Positions 18,786 to 27,627 of a DNA stretch of 56,755 nt are shown in pieces (position 1 is the first letter of the stretch; the number at the start of each line of letters is the position of its first letter). The notes beneath the pieces are model-generated. The model saw nothing but the letters and a program-made list of their open reading frames with translations, made no database searches and was not told the origin of the DNA. The translations under genes were made by a program, and so were the position numbers. The DNA is from a virus. Taxonomy: Duplodnaviria; Caudoviricetes. Location: the IMG/VR virus record IMGVR_UViG_3300020442_002198, positions 1-56,755 of that record. One strand, 5' to 3'.

Positions 18786-18820
18786 TTTATTTTCTCCTAA
18801 AGGTATTAGTCTGTTATACT

Positions 18821-18828
18821 TATTTATC
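18821..18828 (-). promoter_or_regulatory. Late promoter GATAAATA for the sheath gene
   Basis: 35 nt upstream of ATG 18785, with AGGAGA RBS between. Confidence 0.6.
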
Positions 18829-18883
18829 GTAATGATTTTAATTTACGCTATTATATACCACAAAAAAGGGGCGGTAAAGGTAC

Positions 18884-18891
18884 GGTAAATA
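18884..18891 (+). promoter_or_regulatory. Late promoter GGTAAATA
   Basis: 4 nt upstream of ATG 18896. Confidence 0.55.
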
Positions 18892-18895
18892 CAAT

Positions 18896-19234
18896 ATGAG
18901 ACCATTATGTATATGTGGACAACGTCCTGCGGCTATTAATTACAGTAAAAACGGTAAAACATACTATCGTAAAAAATGTGAATCCTGTAACAAATATGGA
19001 ACAGTAGGTAAAGGTATACCGCAATGGAAATTAGATGGTTATGAGAAAAAAGATACTTGTGAAAAATGTGGATTTAAAAGTGTACATCAAGAGCAATTCA
19101 ATGTCTTTCATATAGATGGCCAATTACAAAACACAACACCTAATAATTTAAAAACAATATGTGCAAACTGCCAGAGGATTATGCAGAAGCAAGGAGTGCG
19201 TTGGAAGCAAGGTGATTTGATACCTGACTTTTGA
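18896..19234 (+). CDS. Small Zn-binding HNH-like protein
   Basis: CxC...CxxC N-terminal finger; CEKC...FHIDG..QN....NLKTICANC HNH-like core. Confidence 0.7.
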   Translation: MRPLCICGQRPAAINYSKNGKTYYRKKCESCNKYGTVGKGIPQWKLDGYEKKDTCEKCGFKSVHQEQFNVFHIDGQLQNTTPNNLKTICANCQRIMQKQGVRWKQGDLIPDF

Positions 19235-19790
19235 GATCTTTAATTGTATCGTTGTTTTCAATTACACAATCAAATTGTAATTTTGCCCATCTCCATTCGC
19301 TTTCATGCACATTTTCAGGTTGAACATCATTTTGTACATAAGAAGTAAACCAATCTGGATCTGCGCCTCTACAAATTCGCCATACTTCTCCGCCAACTTG
19401 TCTAATCATTGTTGCTTCATTTTCAAAACGTACATCAGGAATTACAAAATGTTGATTAGGATTTTGTAAAATTTGTTGTTTTACTAAACTGACCCAAATA
19501 CCATGATAAAAACCATTACGCATACAATCAGTGCCAAACATTTGAAGGACCAATCTAGGGGTAATGTGCTCATTAGTTTCTCCGCTCCAAAATTCATCTT
19601 TTTGTTCTCGCCATTTTCTACTTTCATCGGTTGTGCCTTCCAACATCTCTCTGTCCCAACTAAACACAGTAGCTACACCATCTTTTAGTTTGTCAGCAAA
19701 ACTTACTTTTTTAAAATTATAATTGTTAACTAAAATATCAGCAACTGTATCTTTACCAGTTCCAATCAAGCCGCACATTCCTATAATCAT
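19179..19790 (-). CDS. Deoxynucleoside monophosphate kinase (T4 gp1-like)
   Basis: GLIGTGKDT P-loop, SFADKLK, TPRLVLQMFGTD, DVRFENE, HESE. Confidence 0.9.
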   Translation of the reverse strand: MIIGMCGLIGTGKDTVADILVNNYNFKKVSFADKLKDGVATVFSWDREMLEGTTDESRKWREQKDEFWSGETNEHITPRLVLQMFGTDCMRNGFYHGIWVSLVKQQILQNPNQHFVIPDVRFENEATMIRQVGGEVWRICRGADPDWFTSYVQNDVQPENVHESEWRWAKLQFDCVIENNDTIKDLKSQVSNHLASNALLASA

Positions 19791-19813
19791 ACGATATCCT
19801 CTTATATGAATTT

Positions 19814-19842
19814 ATTATATATGATTATATAAGGATTGTCAA
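19814..19842 (-). promoter_or_regulatory. Consensus sigma70 promoter for the dNMP kinase
   Basis: TTGACA (19842-19837), 17 nt spacer, TATAAT (19819-19814); GAGGA RBS downstream. Confidence 0.85.
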
Positions 19843-19849
19843 GAAAATA

Positions 19850-20611
19850 TTAACCGATTGTGAAGCTGTAGCCCATACCACCTGGAACTTGTGTAGATAC
19901 TTCAGCTTCTAGTTTTTCCATCTCTGCTTGAGCTTCGCCTTTAAGTGTATCACCATTTAATTGTCCACCACCTTGTGGACCTGCTATGGTTGCAAATTTA
20001 CTACGAGCTTCTCCAAGCATGTATTTACATACTGCTAAAGTGTAATCTTTTATCCATTGCTTGGCTAGGTAATCTTCAAGTAGTTGCGAATCTGGACGAT
20101 AATTATAACATTCCATTAATATAGTTTCGTCGTCTGCTCTTGGACGTTGTAGTAATGTTAACTTATGCGTAGTAGGATTCCATTTAAATTCTATAAAACT
20201 ACCAAACATTCTTCCAACTAATTCCTGGCGTTGTGAAAACATATCATATGTCGCTAGTCCGCCCATGTTTTGGCTGCTGAGCAAATATGCATTTGTATAT
20301 GCAAGATTAAAGGGCTCAAATAATGTACCACCATCGCCACTGCCAGTTCTTGATCCTATACTTCGTCTATACACTTGCCTAACTTCTACAACTTCATTTG
20401 GTAGTATATAATCATTTTGATCTTCTACGAGTTGTAAGAATACATAACTTTCTTCGACTGAGTTGTCTGAACGTTGTCTAAATCTTGATAGTGCTTTTCC
20501 CAGTGCAGTTTCATAATGTATTGGATCTAATTCAACATCAATCATACCACCACCGAGCAGTGCATATACGTAGTCGAATACTTCTTGTTTTTGTGTTTGC
20601 AAACTGGCCAT
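19850..20611 (-). CDS. gp13: Neck protein, gp13-like
   Basis: LGGGMIDVELD, WIKDYTLA..K.MLG..RSKF...GP.GG..LNG; start moved to ATG 20611 (GGAGA RBS). Confidence 0.8.
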   Translation of the reverse strand: MASLQTQKQEVFDYVYALLGGGMIDVELDPIHYETALGKALSRFRQRSDNSVEESYVFLQLVEDQNDYILPNEVVEVRQVYRRSIGSRTGSGDGGTLFEPFNLAYTNAYLLSSQNMGGLATYDMFSQRQELVGRMFGSFIEFKWNPTTHKLTLLQRPRADDETILMECYNYRPDSQLLEDYLAKQWIKDYTLAVCKYMLGEARSKFATIAGPQGGGQLNGDTLKGEAQAEMEKLEAEVSTQVPGGMGYSFTIG

Positions 20612-20628
20612 AAATCTTTCTCCAATAG

Positions 20629-20649
20629 TATTTATCGTTACGATAAATA
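20629..20649. promoter_or_regulatory. Palindromic back-to-back pair of late promoters
   Basis: tatttatcgt-t-acgataaata, a perfect 10-bp inverted repeat; each arm reads GATAAATA outward toward gp13 (-) and gp14 (+). Confidence 0.75.
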
Positions 20650-20654
20650 TGTAC

Positions 20655-21815
20655 ATGCCAAGAATATCTTTATATAGACCAGAAAAAACAAGAGATTATG
20701 AATTCATAGACAAACAAGTCCTTGAAATGTTTACTGTTGGTGGTACAGATATAAATGTACACAAGTATTTAGGGCCAGAAAACCCTACAGATTCAGAAGC
20801 TACAGCTGACAAACCACAGTACGATGCAGTAAAAGAAACAAACATACAAGATATGTTATTTTTAGAAAACAGAGATCGCAAATACGATCCTGATATTTAC
20901 AATATGAGAGCAATTTATAATGTTCAAGATATTGATTTTGATTTAAGCCAATTCGGTTTATTTTTAAGTAATGACACATTGTTTATGACTATTCATATTA
21001 ATAGCAGTGTAAAAACTCTTGGTAGAAAAATTATGCCAGGTGATGTTATAGAACTTCCACATTTAAAAGATGAATATGCTTTGAATGATTACACAACAGC
21101 CTTGAAGCGTTTTTATGTCATTGAAGATGTTAATAGAGCCGCAGAAGGCTTTTCAATGACATGGTATCCACATTTATATAGGTTAAAATTAAAACAAATA
21201 TATGATGGTCAAGAATTTAAAGAAATCCTTGATTTACCAGCTGAAGAAGATACACCAGGAGGTAACACATTAAGAGATTTGCTATCTACATATGAAAAAG
21301 AAATGCAAATTAACAATGCTGTAATAGATCAAGCAGAAGCAGATGCAGCTAAAAGTGGTTATGACATAAGTCATTATTATACACTTGCAACTAACGATGA
21401 CGGCAGTGTTGCATTAAAAACTGCTGACTCAGGTGAAATAGATGCAAGTGGACTTACACCTGTAGACTCACAAACTGACAATCCTGATAGAGCAGGCTAT
21501 AATGGTTATCTACTTGGTACAAGTGATTCGCCTAATGGCGCTCCATATGGTATGGGAATAAGTTTTCCTACTAATAATCAAGAAGGGGACTATTTTTTAA
21601 GGACTGATTTTATGCCAAAACGCTTGTTTAAATATAATGGAAATAGGTGGGTGAAAGTACAAGACGATGTAAGAGTAACACTTTCAAACACAGATTCAAG
21701 AAACACACAAAAAACTGGATTCATTAATAACACTAGAACTAGCAAAATTGGTGGTGAAGAAACTAAAGAACGTCAGTCACTATCAAAAGCACTTAGACCT
21801 AAGGCAGACAATTAA
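20655..21815 (+). CDS. gp14: Neck protein, gp14-like
   Basis: IQDMLFLENRDRKY, LSQFGLF, PGDVIELP, FYVIEDV; precedes the gp15-like gene; start placed at ATG 20655. Confidence 0.7.
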   Translation: MPRISLYRPEKTRDYEFIDKQVLEMFTVGGTDINVHKYLGPENPTDSEATADKPQYDAVKETNIQDMLFLENRDRKYDPDIYNMRAIYNVQDIDFDLSQFGLFLSNDTLFMTIHINSSVKTLGRKIMPGDVIELPHLKDEYALNDYTTALKRFYVIEDVNRAAEGFSMTWYPHLYRLKLKQIYDGQEFKEILDLPAEEDTPGGNTLRDLLSTYEKEMQINNAVIDQAEADAAKSGYDISHYYTLATNDDGSVALKTADSGEIDASGLTPVDSQTDNPDRAGYNGYLLGTSDSPNGAPYGMGISFPTNNQEGDYFLRTDFMPKRLFKYNGNRWVKVQDDVRVTLSNTDSRNTQKTGFINNTRTSKIGGEETKERQSLSKALRPKADN

Positions 21816-23254
21816 TGCAACATTTTTATGATGGACAAATAAGACGTTACATAACTCAAATGATTCGCCTAATGAGTAATTTTAGTTATAAAGACTCTAA
21901 GGGTAAACTTACACAAGTACCTGTAATGTATGGCGATATGACACGTATGGTATCAAGTATTATTCGAGATAATTCAGAAAACAAAATCCCAAGTGCGCCT
22001 CGCATAAGTGTATATGTCACAGGTTTAGAAATGGATAGAACACGTACAAGTGATAGTAGTTATGTAAACAAATTAAACATACGTGAACGTGCATATGATG
22101 CTGACGGGCAAGAATATTTAAATTACCAAGGCAAAAACTACACAGTAGAACGTTTAATGCCCACACCATACAATTTAACTATGAAGGTTGACATTTGGAG
22201 TACTAACACAGAACAAAAATTACAGATTTTAGAACAAATACTTGTACTATTCAATCCTAGTCTTGAGATACAAACCACAGACAACTATGTTGATTGGACA
22301 AGTTTAAGCGTAGTGCATTTAGAATCAATGACTTTTAGTTCACGTGCTATTCCTGTAGGTGTAGATAGTGAAATAGATGTTGCAGATATGACATTTACAA
22401 CTCCTATCTATATTTCACCTCCTGTAAAAGTAAAAAGGTTAGGAGTAATAGCAAATATAATTACAAGTATTTTTGACGAATCAAAGGGCGATATCGAATT
22501 AGGACTAAGTGGAGCTGATTTAAATCGCTGGGACGATAGTATTAAAGTAGGAACAACAAGTGAGGGTAATGATACTGACAGAGATATAAACACCGATGTT
22601 GAAGATACTGTTGTGACAACAACTCACAGAAACTATGGTGCATATGTTGATGGTAACACAGTGCAACTTGTTCACAGAGGTACTGTAGGTGGTCAACTTT
22701 GGGACGATTTATTAGGAGCACATCCTGGACAATATCAAGCAGATATTAGTAGAATACATTTAACCAAACTTGATACAGATTCTACTATCACAGGTACTAT
22801 TGCTGTCAACGAACTTAATCCTCGACAATTAATTGTCAATTGGGATACTGATAGTTTTCCAAGCAATAGCGTAATTAATGGTCCTGCAAGGGATACTAAT
22901 AGTTTTACTACTATTGATTATATTATAGATCCTACAAGTTTTAATCCTTCCGATATAAAAACAAGTGGAGTTAGAATATTATTGTTATCTGATATAGGAG
23001 ATACTAGTAATACTGACGGACCTGATGCTTGGAAAGCATCGAACGGCGATGATCTAATTGCATCATCTAATGATATAATAGAATGGACTGGTAGTAAATG
23101 GCAAATAGTATTTGATGCATCTGATACCAGTGATATTACTTATATTACAAATCTTACAACAAATGTACAGTATCGCTGGGATGGCACAGATTGGCTTAAG
23201 AGTGTTGACGGATTATATCCAAGAGGTACATGGAGGCTTGCACTCGAAGGCTAA
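21815..23254 (+). CDS. gp15: Tail terminator/sheath stabiliser, gp15-like, with C-terminal extension
   Basis: HFYD..IRRY, VPVMYG, PRIS, PTPYNL, LQILEQILVLFNP. Confidence 0.8.
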   Translation: MQHFYDGQIRRYITQMIRLMSNFSYKDSKGKLTQVPVMYGDMTRMVSSIIRDNSENKIPSAPRISVYVTGLEMDRTRTSDSSYVNKLNIRERAYDADGQEYLNYQGKNYTVERLMPTPYNLTMKVDIWSTNTEQKLQILEQILVLFNPSLEIQTTDNYVDWTSLSVVHLESMTFSSRAIPVGVDSEIDVADMTFTTPIYISPPVKVKRLGVIANIITSIFDESKGDIELGLSGADLNRWDDSIKVGTTSEGNDTDRDINTDVEDTVVTTTHRNYGAYVDGNTVQLVHRGTVGGQLWDDLLGAHPGQYQADISRIHLTKLDTDSTITGTIAVNELNPRQLIVNWDTDSFPSNSVINGPARDTNSFTTIDYIIDPTSFNPSDIKTSGVRILLLSDIGDTSNTDGPDAWKASNGDDLIASSNDIIEWTGSKWQIVFDASDTSDITYITNLTTNVQYRWDGTDWLKSVDGLYPRGTWRLALEG

Positions 23255-23262
23255 CTATTTGT

Positions 23263-23697
23263 ATGAAAGAAATAGTTTGCAGTGGTGCAATTATCTATAC
23301 ATTAGACACCCAAAGATTTTTATTTTTACATAGGACTAACGGTAAAACAAACCGTACATGGGGACTCGTTGGCGGCACAAACGAAGGCACAGAAACTCCG
23401 TGGGAAGGACTTAAACGGGAAATCAATGAAGAGATAGGCCAAATTGATATTAAGAAAACAATTCCACTGGAAACATTTGTAAGTAATGATCAAAAATTTA
23501 AATTTCATACATACTTGTGTGTAGTTGAAAATGAATTTTTACCTAAATTAAATAAAGAACACAACGGCTATGCTTGGTGTGCATTTAATTGTTGGCCAAA
23601 GCCTTTGCATAATGGCTTAAAAAATACACTTACAAATAAAGTAAATTTAAGTAAATTAGAGACAGTTTTTAAAGTTGTAGATCTTATGGAGTTATAA
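23263..23697 (+). CDS. Nudix hydrolase
   Basis: Nudix box GGTNEGTETPWEGLKREINEEIG, LNKEH, PLH; start moved to ATG 23263, 5 nt after the late-promoter variant GCTAACTA. Confidence 0.85.
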   Translation: MKEIVCSGAIIYTLDTQRFLFLHRTNGKTNRTWGLVGGTNEGTETPWEGLKREINEEIGQIDIKKTIPLETFVSNDQKFKFHTYLCVVENEFLPKLNKEHNGYAWCAFNCWPKPLHNGLKNTLTNKVNLSKLETVFKVVDLMEL

Positions 23698-24068
23698 TGA
23701 GTGATAGTATGTTAGAAACCTCATATGGTATGGATCTGTTGTGGGCTAGCCACAAAGATTATGCATGTAAAATTTTAGTATTTAATAAAGCAAAGAATAG
23801 AACAACAATGTATTTTCATAAAAATACAGATAAAACTTGGTTTTGTAATGCAGGAAAGTTTAAGTTAAGATATATAGATGTTAAAGATGGACGTATGTAT
23901 GAAGCTGAATTAGAAGAAGGCAAAGTCTTTCATGTGCCTCCTTTGATGCCAGTGCAGTTGGAAGCATTAGTAGATAATTCAAGTATGACAGAAGCAAGTA
24001 ACGGATATGACGAATATGACATTTATCATGTAATACCAGCAGAAAAGTGGGAAGAAAATGGAATTTGA
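23697..24068 (+). CDS. Cupin-fold protein, degenerate paralog of 28751..29107
   Basis: Aligns by eye with the other cupin (YACKILVF vs YCGKLLNF; FHVPPLMPVQ vs WHNPPMVPHQ). Confidence 0.7.
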   Translation: MSDSMLETSYGMDLLWASHKDYACKILVFNKAKNRTTMYFHKNTDKTWFCNAGKFKLRYIDVKDGRMYEAELEEGKVFHVPPLMPVQLEALVDNSSMTEASNGYDEYDIYHVIPAEKWEENGI

Positions 24069-24246
24069 TATCGAAAAATTAAATGCATTAGAAAATCATC
24101 TCTCAAAAAACTTAATGGAAGCAGATGGAAAAACATGGGAAAAAGAGTTTAAACCATTTTGGATAAATTATAGAGATGATGTGCCGAAATGTTTAATGGT
24201 GATAAGAGAGTTCAAAGATTTACTTAAAAAATTAGAGGAAAAATGA
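24058..24246 (+). CDS. Small hypothetical protein
   Basis: 62 aa ORF overlapping both neighbours in an operon-like arrangement. Confidence 0.55.
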   Translation: MEFDIEKLNALENHLSKNLMEADGKTWEKEFKPFWINYRDDVPKCLMVIREFKDLLKKLEEK

Positions 24247-24524
24247 TGGATCTATTTAATTTATCACAAGAACCAATGTTCCTAAATGAATGGAAAAAGT
24301 TTACTGCTGGATTAAAGCAGGTAGAAAATAAGGACTACGCACAGCAAATAAATGTGTTAATGGATGAGTTGAAAGACCTAGTACAAAAAATAGATGTTGG
24401 TCATGATTCCGATTTCAACGGATATATTAATCCGCATGGATTAATAGATACAAGACATAAAATTCAAGATGTAAGGCAGAAAATATATCAAAAATTTTCA
24501 GAAATGGGAATTACAGTGCGTTAA
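24243..24524 (+). CDS. Hypothetical helical protein
   Basis: 93 aa, GAGGA RBS, ATGA overlap with the upstream stop. Confidence 0.6.
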   Translation: MMDLFNLSQEPMFLNEWKKFTAGLKQVENKDYAQQINVLMDELKDLVQKIDVGHDSDFNGYINPHGLIDTRHKIQDVRQKIYQKFSEMGITVR

Positions 24525-26790
24525 ACGCTTTGACTGTAATTGTACCTACCATTGCAGAATGTGCAGTGCATTGATATCGCCAGTTACCACTAATACCAAA
24601 AGGCACATGCCAATACAAAGTACCTGATGTCTTACCATTTGCATTTGATCCTGTAGACTTTGTACCTGTAGTAGAATAATGAACAAGTCCTGTATTATAC
24701 GTAGTACCTGTGTTATCCTGGATTTCAAAAGGATGTCCTGACATTGTAGTACTATTAAGATTAAATGCAATAGTTGTGCCTGTAATACAGTAAATTGTAG
24801 GGTTTAGAGAACTATAATGGCTATCAAATCTGTATCCATTTGTTCCACTAGCAGTAACTTCTAGCATTGCAATAGCAGGTTCTGCTATTTCGTCAATACT
24901 AAGTCCAGCAGATGTAGCATCTTGTAAATCATCAAAGTCAGATGCACCTCCAGTTGCATTACTGTTAATAGTAATCTGTTTATTGCCCGTATCCACACTA
25001 AATGTAACATTACTACCTGGAGTTAATGTTAAAGTATCTGTAGCACTTGAAGCTATTATGTTATTTCCATCGGCAGCTATAGTTGCAAAACTATTTGATG
25101 CGCCGCCGCCGCCCCCGGCAGTTATAGTTACAACACCGTTAGATACTGCTACACCTGCACCACCTGCTCCTGCAAACTGCAATGTACTTCCTACTGGTAC
25201 ACTACTACCTGTGCTATCGTCGCCAACAAATGTAATAGAATCATCTCGGTCTATAATTTGATCGCTTGTAATGTTAATTGCTGTTTGGTGCTGAGTAACA
25301 CTAGATTGGGTAATATATTGATCTGGTACATTAGCCCATGTTACAGCAGAAGTAAGATCGTTTGTTTCTGTAGTTAATGCACCTATACCTGCGGCAGTTG
25401 GAGGTGTATATCTAAATACTCCTGTAGAATTATCATAACTTATTGCGCCGTCTCCACTAGCAACAAGTTCGTTACCAACACTAAAACTAGCGAGTGTGGC
25501 TACGGTTGGTGTATTACTAAAATTATTATAATCTAAATAATAAGATCCGTCAAAACCATCCAAAGTATCAGCATCAGTTCCTGCACCACCTGTTGTTGCG
25601 TCAGTTCCAGGTGCCCATTTTGCACCGTCCCATTTTAACACCTGCCCTGTCGTTGGAGTCACTGTAGTTGTATCTACATCACTTAAAAAATCAACACTAA
25701 ATGAACTTAAACTAATTGTAACATTTGAAGTATCTGTCGCAATAGCTGTTGCTATGTTAGTACCACCTAAAATATTAAGTGTAGATTCTCCAGAAGCGAT
25801 TACCTGTCCATCATCACTTACGATAGTCTTAAATGTGTCTCCGCTTCCTCCACCACTTCCTAAATCATCATGATTTGCAAGTTGTACCCAAGCACCTGCA
25901 TGTGCAAAATATGCCGCGCCTGTAGCATGTACATGTGCAAACATACCATGATATGTAGTTGCAGATGGTAAATCAACAAGGTTATCATAAACATTTGCAA
26001 ATTTAATTTTTCCTGTAGTTGTAATATCATTACTGCCCATGTCTAGATTTGATCCAGTTATTGCTACAATAGCATCTGCATTGTCAAAAAGCAATGAACC
26101 TGTATCAGTCAAATCGCCTATATCAGCAGGTATAGTTGGAGTATCAGTTAGATCATTATAAGAGCCTGTTCCAGGATCTGAAACTTTTAAACTATTGCCT
26201 TGATTTAAATGAAAATGACACCAATAATAAATTTGTGCAGGAGTTACTGACTTTACAGTTAATAATACTTTTCTTGTAGTAGCAGATGTAAATTTACTCA
26301 CATAATCTGCCATTGAAACTGGATCATCATTTATAATATATACTACACCTACATTATAATGTCCACCTCCTTCTACTAAAGCTCCATTTTCTGTTGTACT
26401 AAACATAAGTGGATGATAAAGTCCACCATAGTTTTTATTTGTATCATCTGACTGATCAAATATATATGTTATTCCCCTAACTAAATTTAATACAGGTTTT
26501 TCTACTCCATCTATATAAAATACACCCGATGCTTGTCCTGCTACAGTATCTATTCCTACTGTAACTGCCCTTTCCAAAACAGATATTCCTGTATCAATAA
26601 GATTTTGTGATAAATTTCCTGATGTAAGTAAAGTAAATCCGCCTCTATCTTTTCCGCTGAATACTCTTAAACTATTTGATTGTTGATCGTAAAATACTTC
26701 TCCACTTGAGCCAACGTTTCTATCGAGAAAATCGTCAGACCTTGGTATTATACGTATTCTATCTACTACTGGTGAGAACTGTGATGACAT
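24511..26790 (-). CDS. Fibre-like virion protein with two cupredoxin-like domains
   Basis: HPLMFS...YYWCHFHLNQG and HPFEIQ...YQCTAHSAMVG; fibre repeats (YNDLTDTPTIP, GQVLKWDGAKWAP, DADTLDG, FATIAADG); late promoter and AGGA RBS. Confidence 0.7.
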   Translation of the reverse strand: MSSQFSPVVDRIRIIPRSDDFLDRNVGSSGEVFYDQQSNSLRVFSGKDRGGFTLLTSGNLSQNLIDTGISVLERAVTVGIDTVAGQASGVFYIDGVEKPVLNLVRGITYIFDQSDDTNKNYGGLYHPLMFSTTENGALVEGGGHYNVGVVYIINDDPVSMADYVSKFTSATTRKVLLTVKSVTPAQIYYWCHFHLNQGNSLKVSDPGTGSYNDLTDTPTIPADIGDLTDTGSLLFDNADAIVAITGSNLDMGSNDITTTGKIKFANVYDNLVDLPSATTYHGMFAHVHATGAAYFAHAGAWVQLANHDDLGSGGGSGDTFKTIVSDDGQVIASGESTLNILGGTNIATAIATDTSNVTISLSSFSVDFLSDVDTTTVTPTTGQVLKWDGAKWAPGTDATTGGAGTDADTLDGFDGSYYLDYNNFSNTPTVATLASFSVGNELVASGDGAISYDNSTGVFRYTPPTAAGIGALTTETNDLTSAVTWANVPDQYITQSSVTQHQTAINITSDQIIDRDDSITFVGDDSTGSSVPVGSTLQFAGAGGAGVAVSNGVVTITAGGGGGASNSFATIAADGNNIIASSATDTLTLTPGSNVTFSVDTGNKQITINSNATGGASDFDDLQDATSAGLSIDEIAEPAIAMLEVTASGTNGYRFDSHYSSLNPTIYCITGTTIAFNLNSTTMSGHPFEIQDNTGTTYNTGLVHYSTTGTKSTGSNANGKTSGTLYWHVPFGISGNWRYQCTAHSAMVGTITVKAFNAL

Positions 26791-26811
26791 CTATATTTTC
26801 CTAATATAACA

Positions 26812-26819
26812 TATTTATG
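26812..26819 (-). promoter_or_regulatory. Late promoter CATAAATA
   Basis: Overlaps the hldD stop codon, upstream of ATG 26790. Confidence 0.55.
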
Positions 26820-27627
26820 CCATATCAAGATAGTCAAGGGGTGAAATAAACCTATAATCGCCCATAGCAATCTGTAATTTACGGTTGTTGCTTTGTGTGA
26901 AGTATTGGTACTGTTGTTTGATTGTGTCAGGAATAGGAATTTCATTAATTTCGGCACTAGTTTTTTCGGCTATCTTTTCTGCAATCTCATAAAAACTTGT
27001 TGCACTACCTGTACCTACGTTCCAAACACCACTTTCGGTAATTTCAAAGAATCTTTTGTGTATTTCTACTACATCAGCAACACATATAAAATCACGTTTA
27101 ATATCTTTACTGCCTTCAAACACTAAAATTTTTTTATTTTCTTCAGCTTGTTCTTTAAATTTGTGAAACACACTTCTTTGATTGCCTTTATGTGCTTCTC
27201 CTGGACCATATACATTAAAATAACGAAAACCTTGCACAATAATATTATGTCGTTGTTGATGCACCCAGCGATCAAATAGATATTTTGACCATGCATACGG
27301 ACTTTCTGGCTGTAAATTTCCATCTTCAGTGAAATGATCCGTTTTTCCGTAAACACTTGCAGAACTTGCATACTGTAAATTTACACCTGCGTGATTACAC
27401 TCGTTATACAACCATTTTGAAAACTCATAATTTTGTAAAATTACCTTATCAACATCTTTTTCTTCAGTGCTACTGATTGCACCTAAATGCACCACCCAGT
27501 CAAAACCTTTTACATCTGGTAATTTTTCAGCATTCCATTCCCAGCCTGCCACTTCATGTTTATTAATTATAGAATTGATAAAATTTTGACCTATAAATCC
27601 TTGATGTCCTGTCACTAATATCTTCAT
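26815..27627 (-). CDS. hldD: ADP-L-glycero-D-manno-heptose 6-epimerase-like extended SDR
   Basis: TGHQGFIG, HLGAISST, YASSASVYG, YAWSK, FRYFNVYGPGEAHKG, RDFI, NVGTG, YQYFTQ. Confidence 0.85.
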   Translation of the reverse strand: MKILVTGHQGFIGQNFINSIINKHEVAGWEWNAEKLPDVKGFDWVVHLGAISSTEEKDVDKVILQNYEFSKWLYNECNHAGVNLQYASSASVYGKTDHFTEDGNLQPESPYAWSKYLFDRWVHQQRHNIIVQGFRYFNVYGPGEAHKGNQRSVFHKFKEQAEENKKILVFEGSKDIKRDFICVADVVEIHKRFFEITESGVWNVGTGSATSFYEIAEKIAEKTSAEINEIPIPDTIKQQYQYFTQSNNRKLQIAMGDYRFISPLDYLDMA

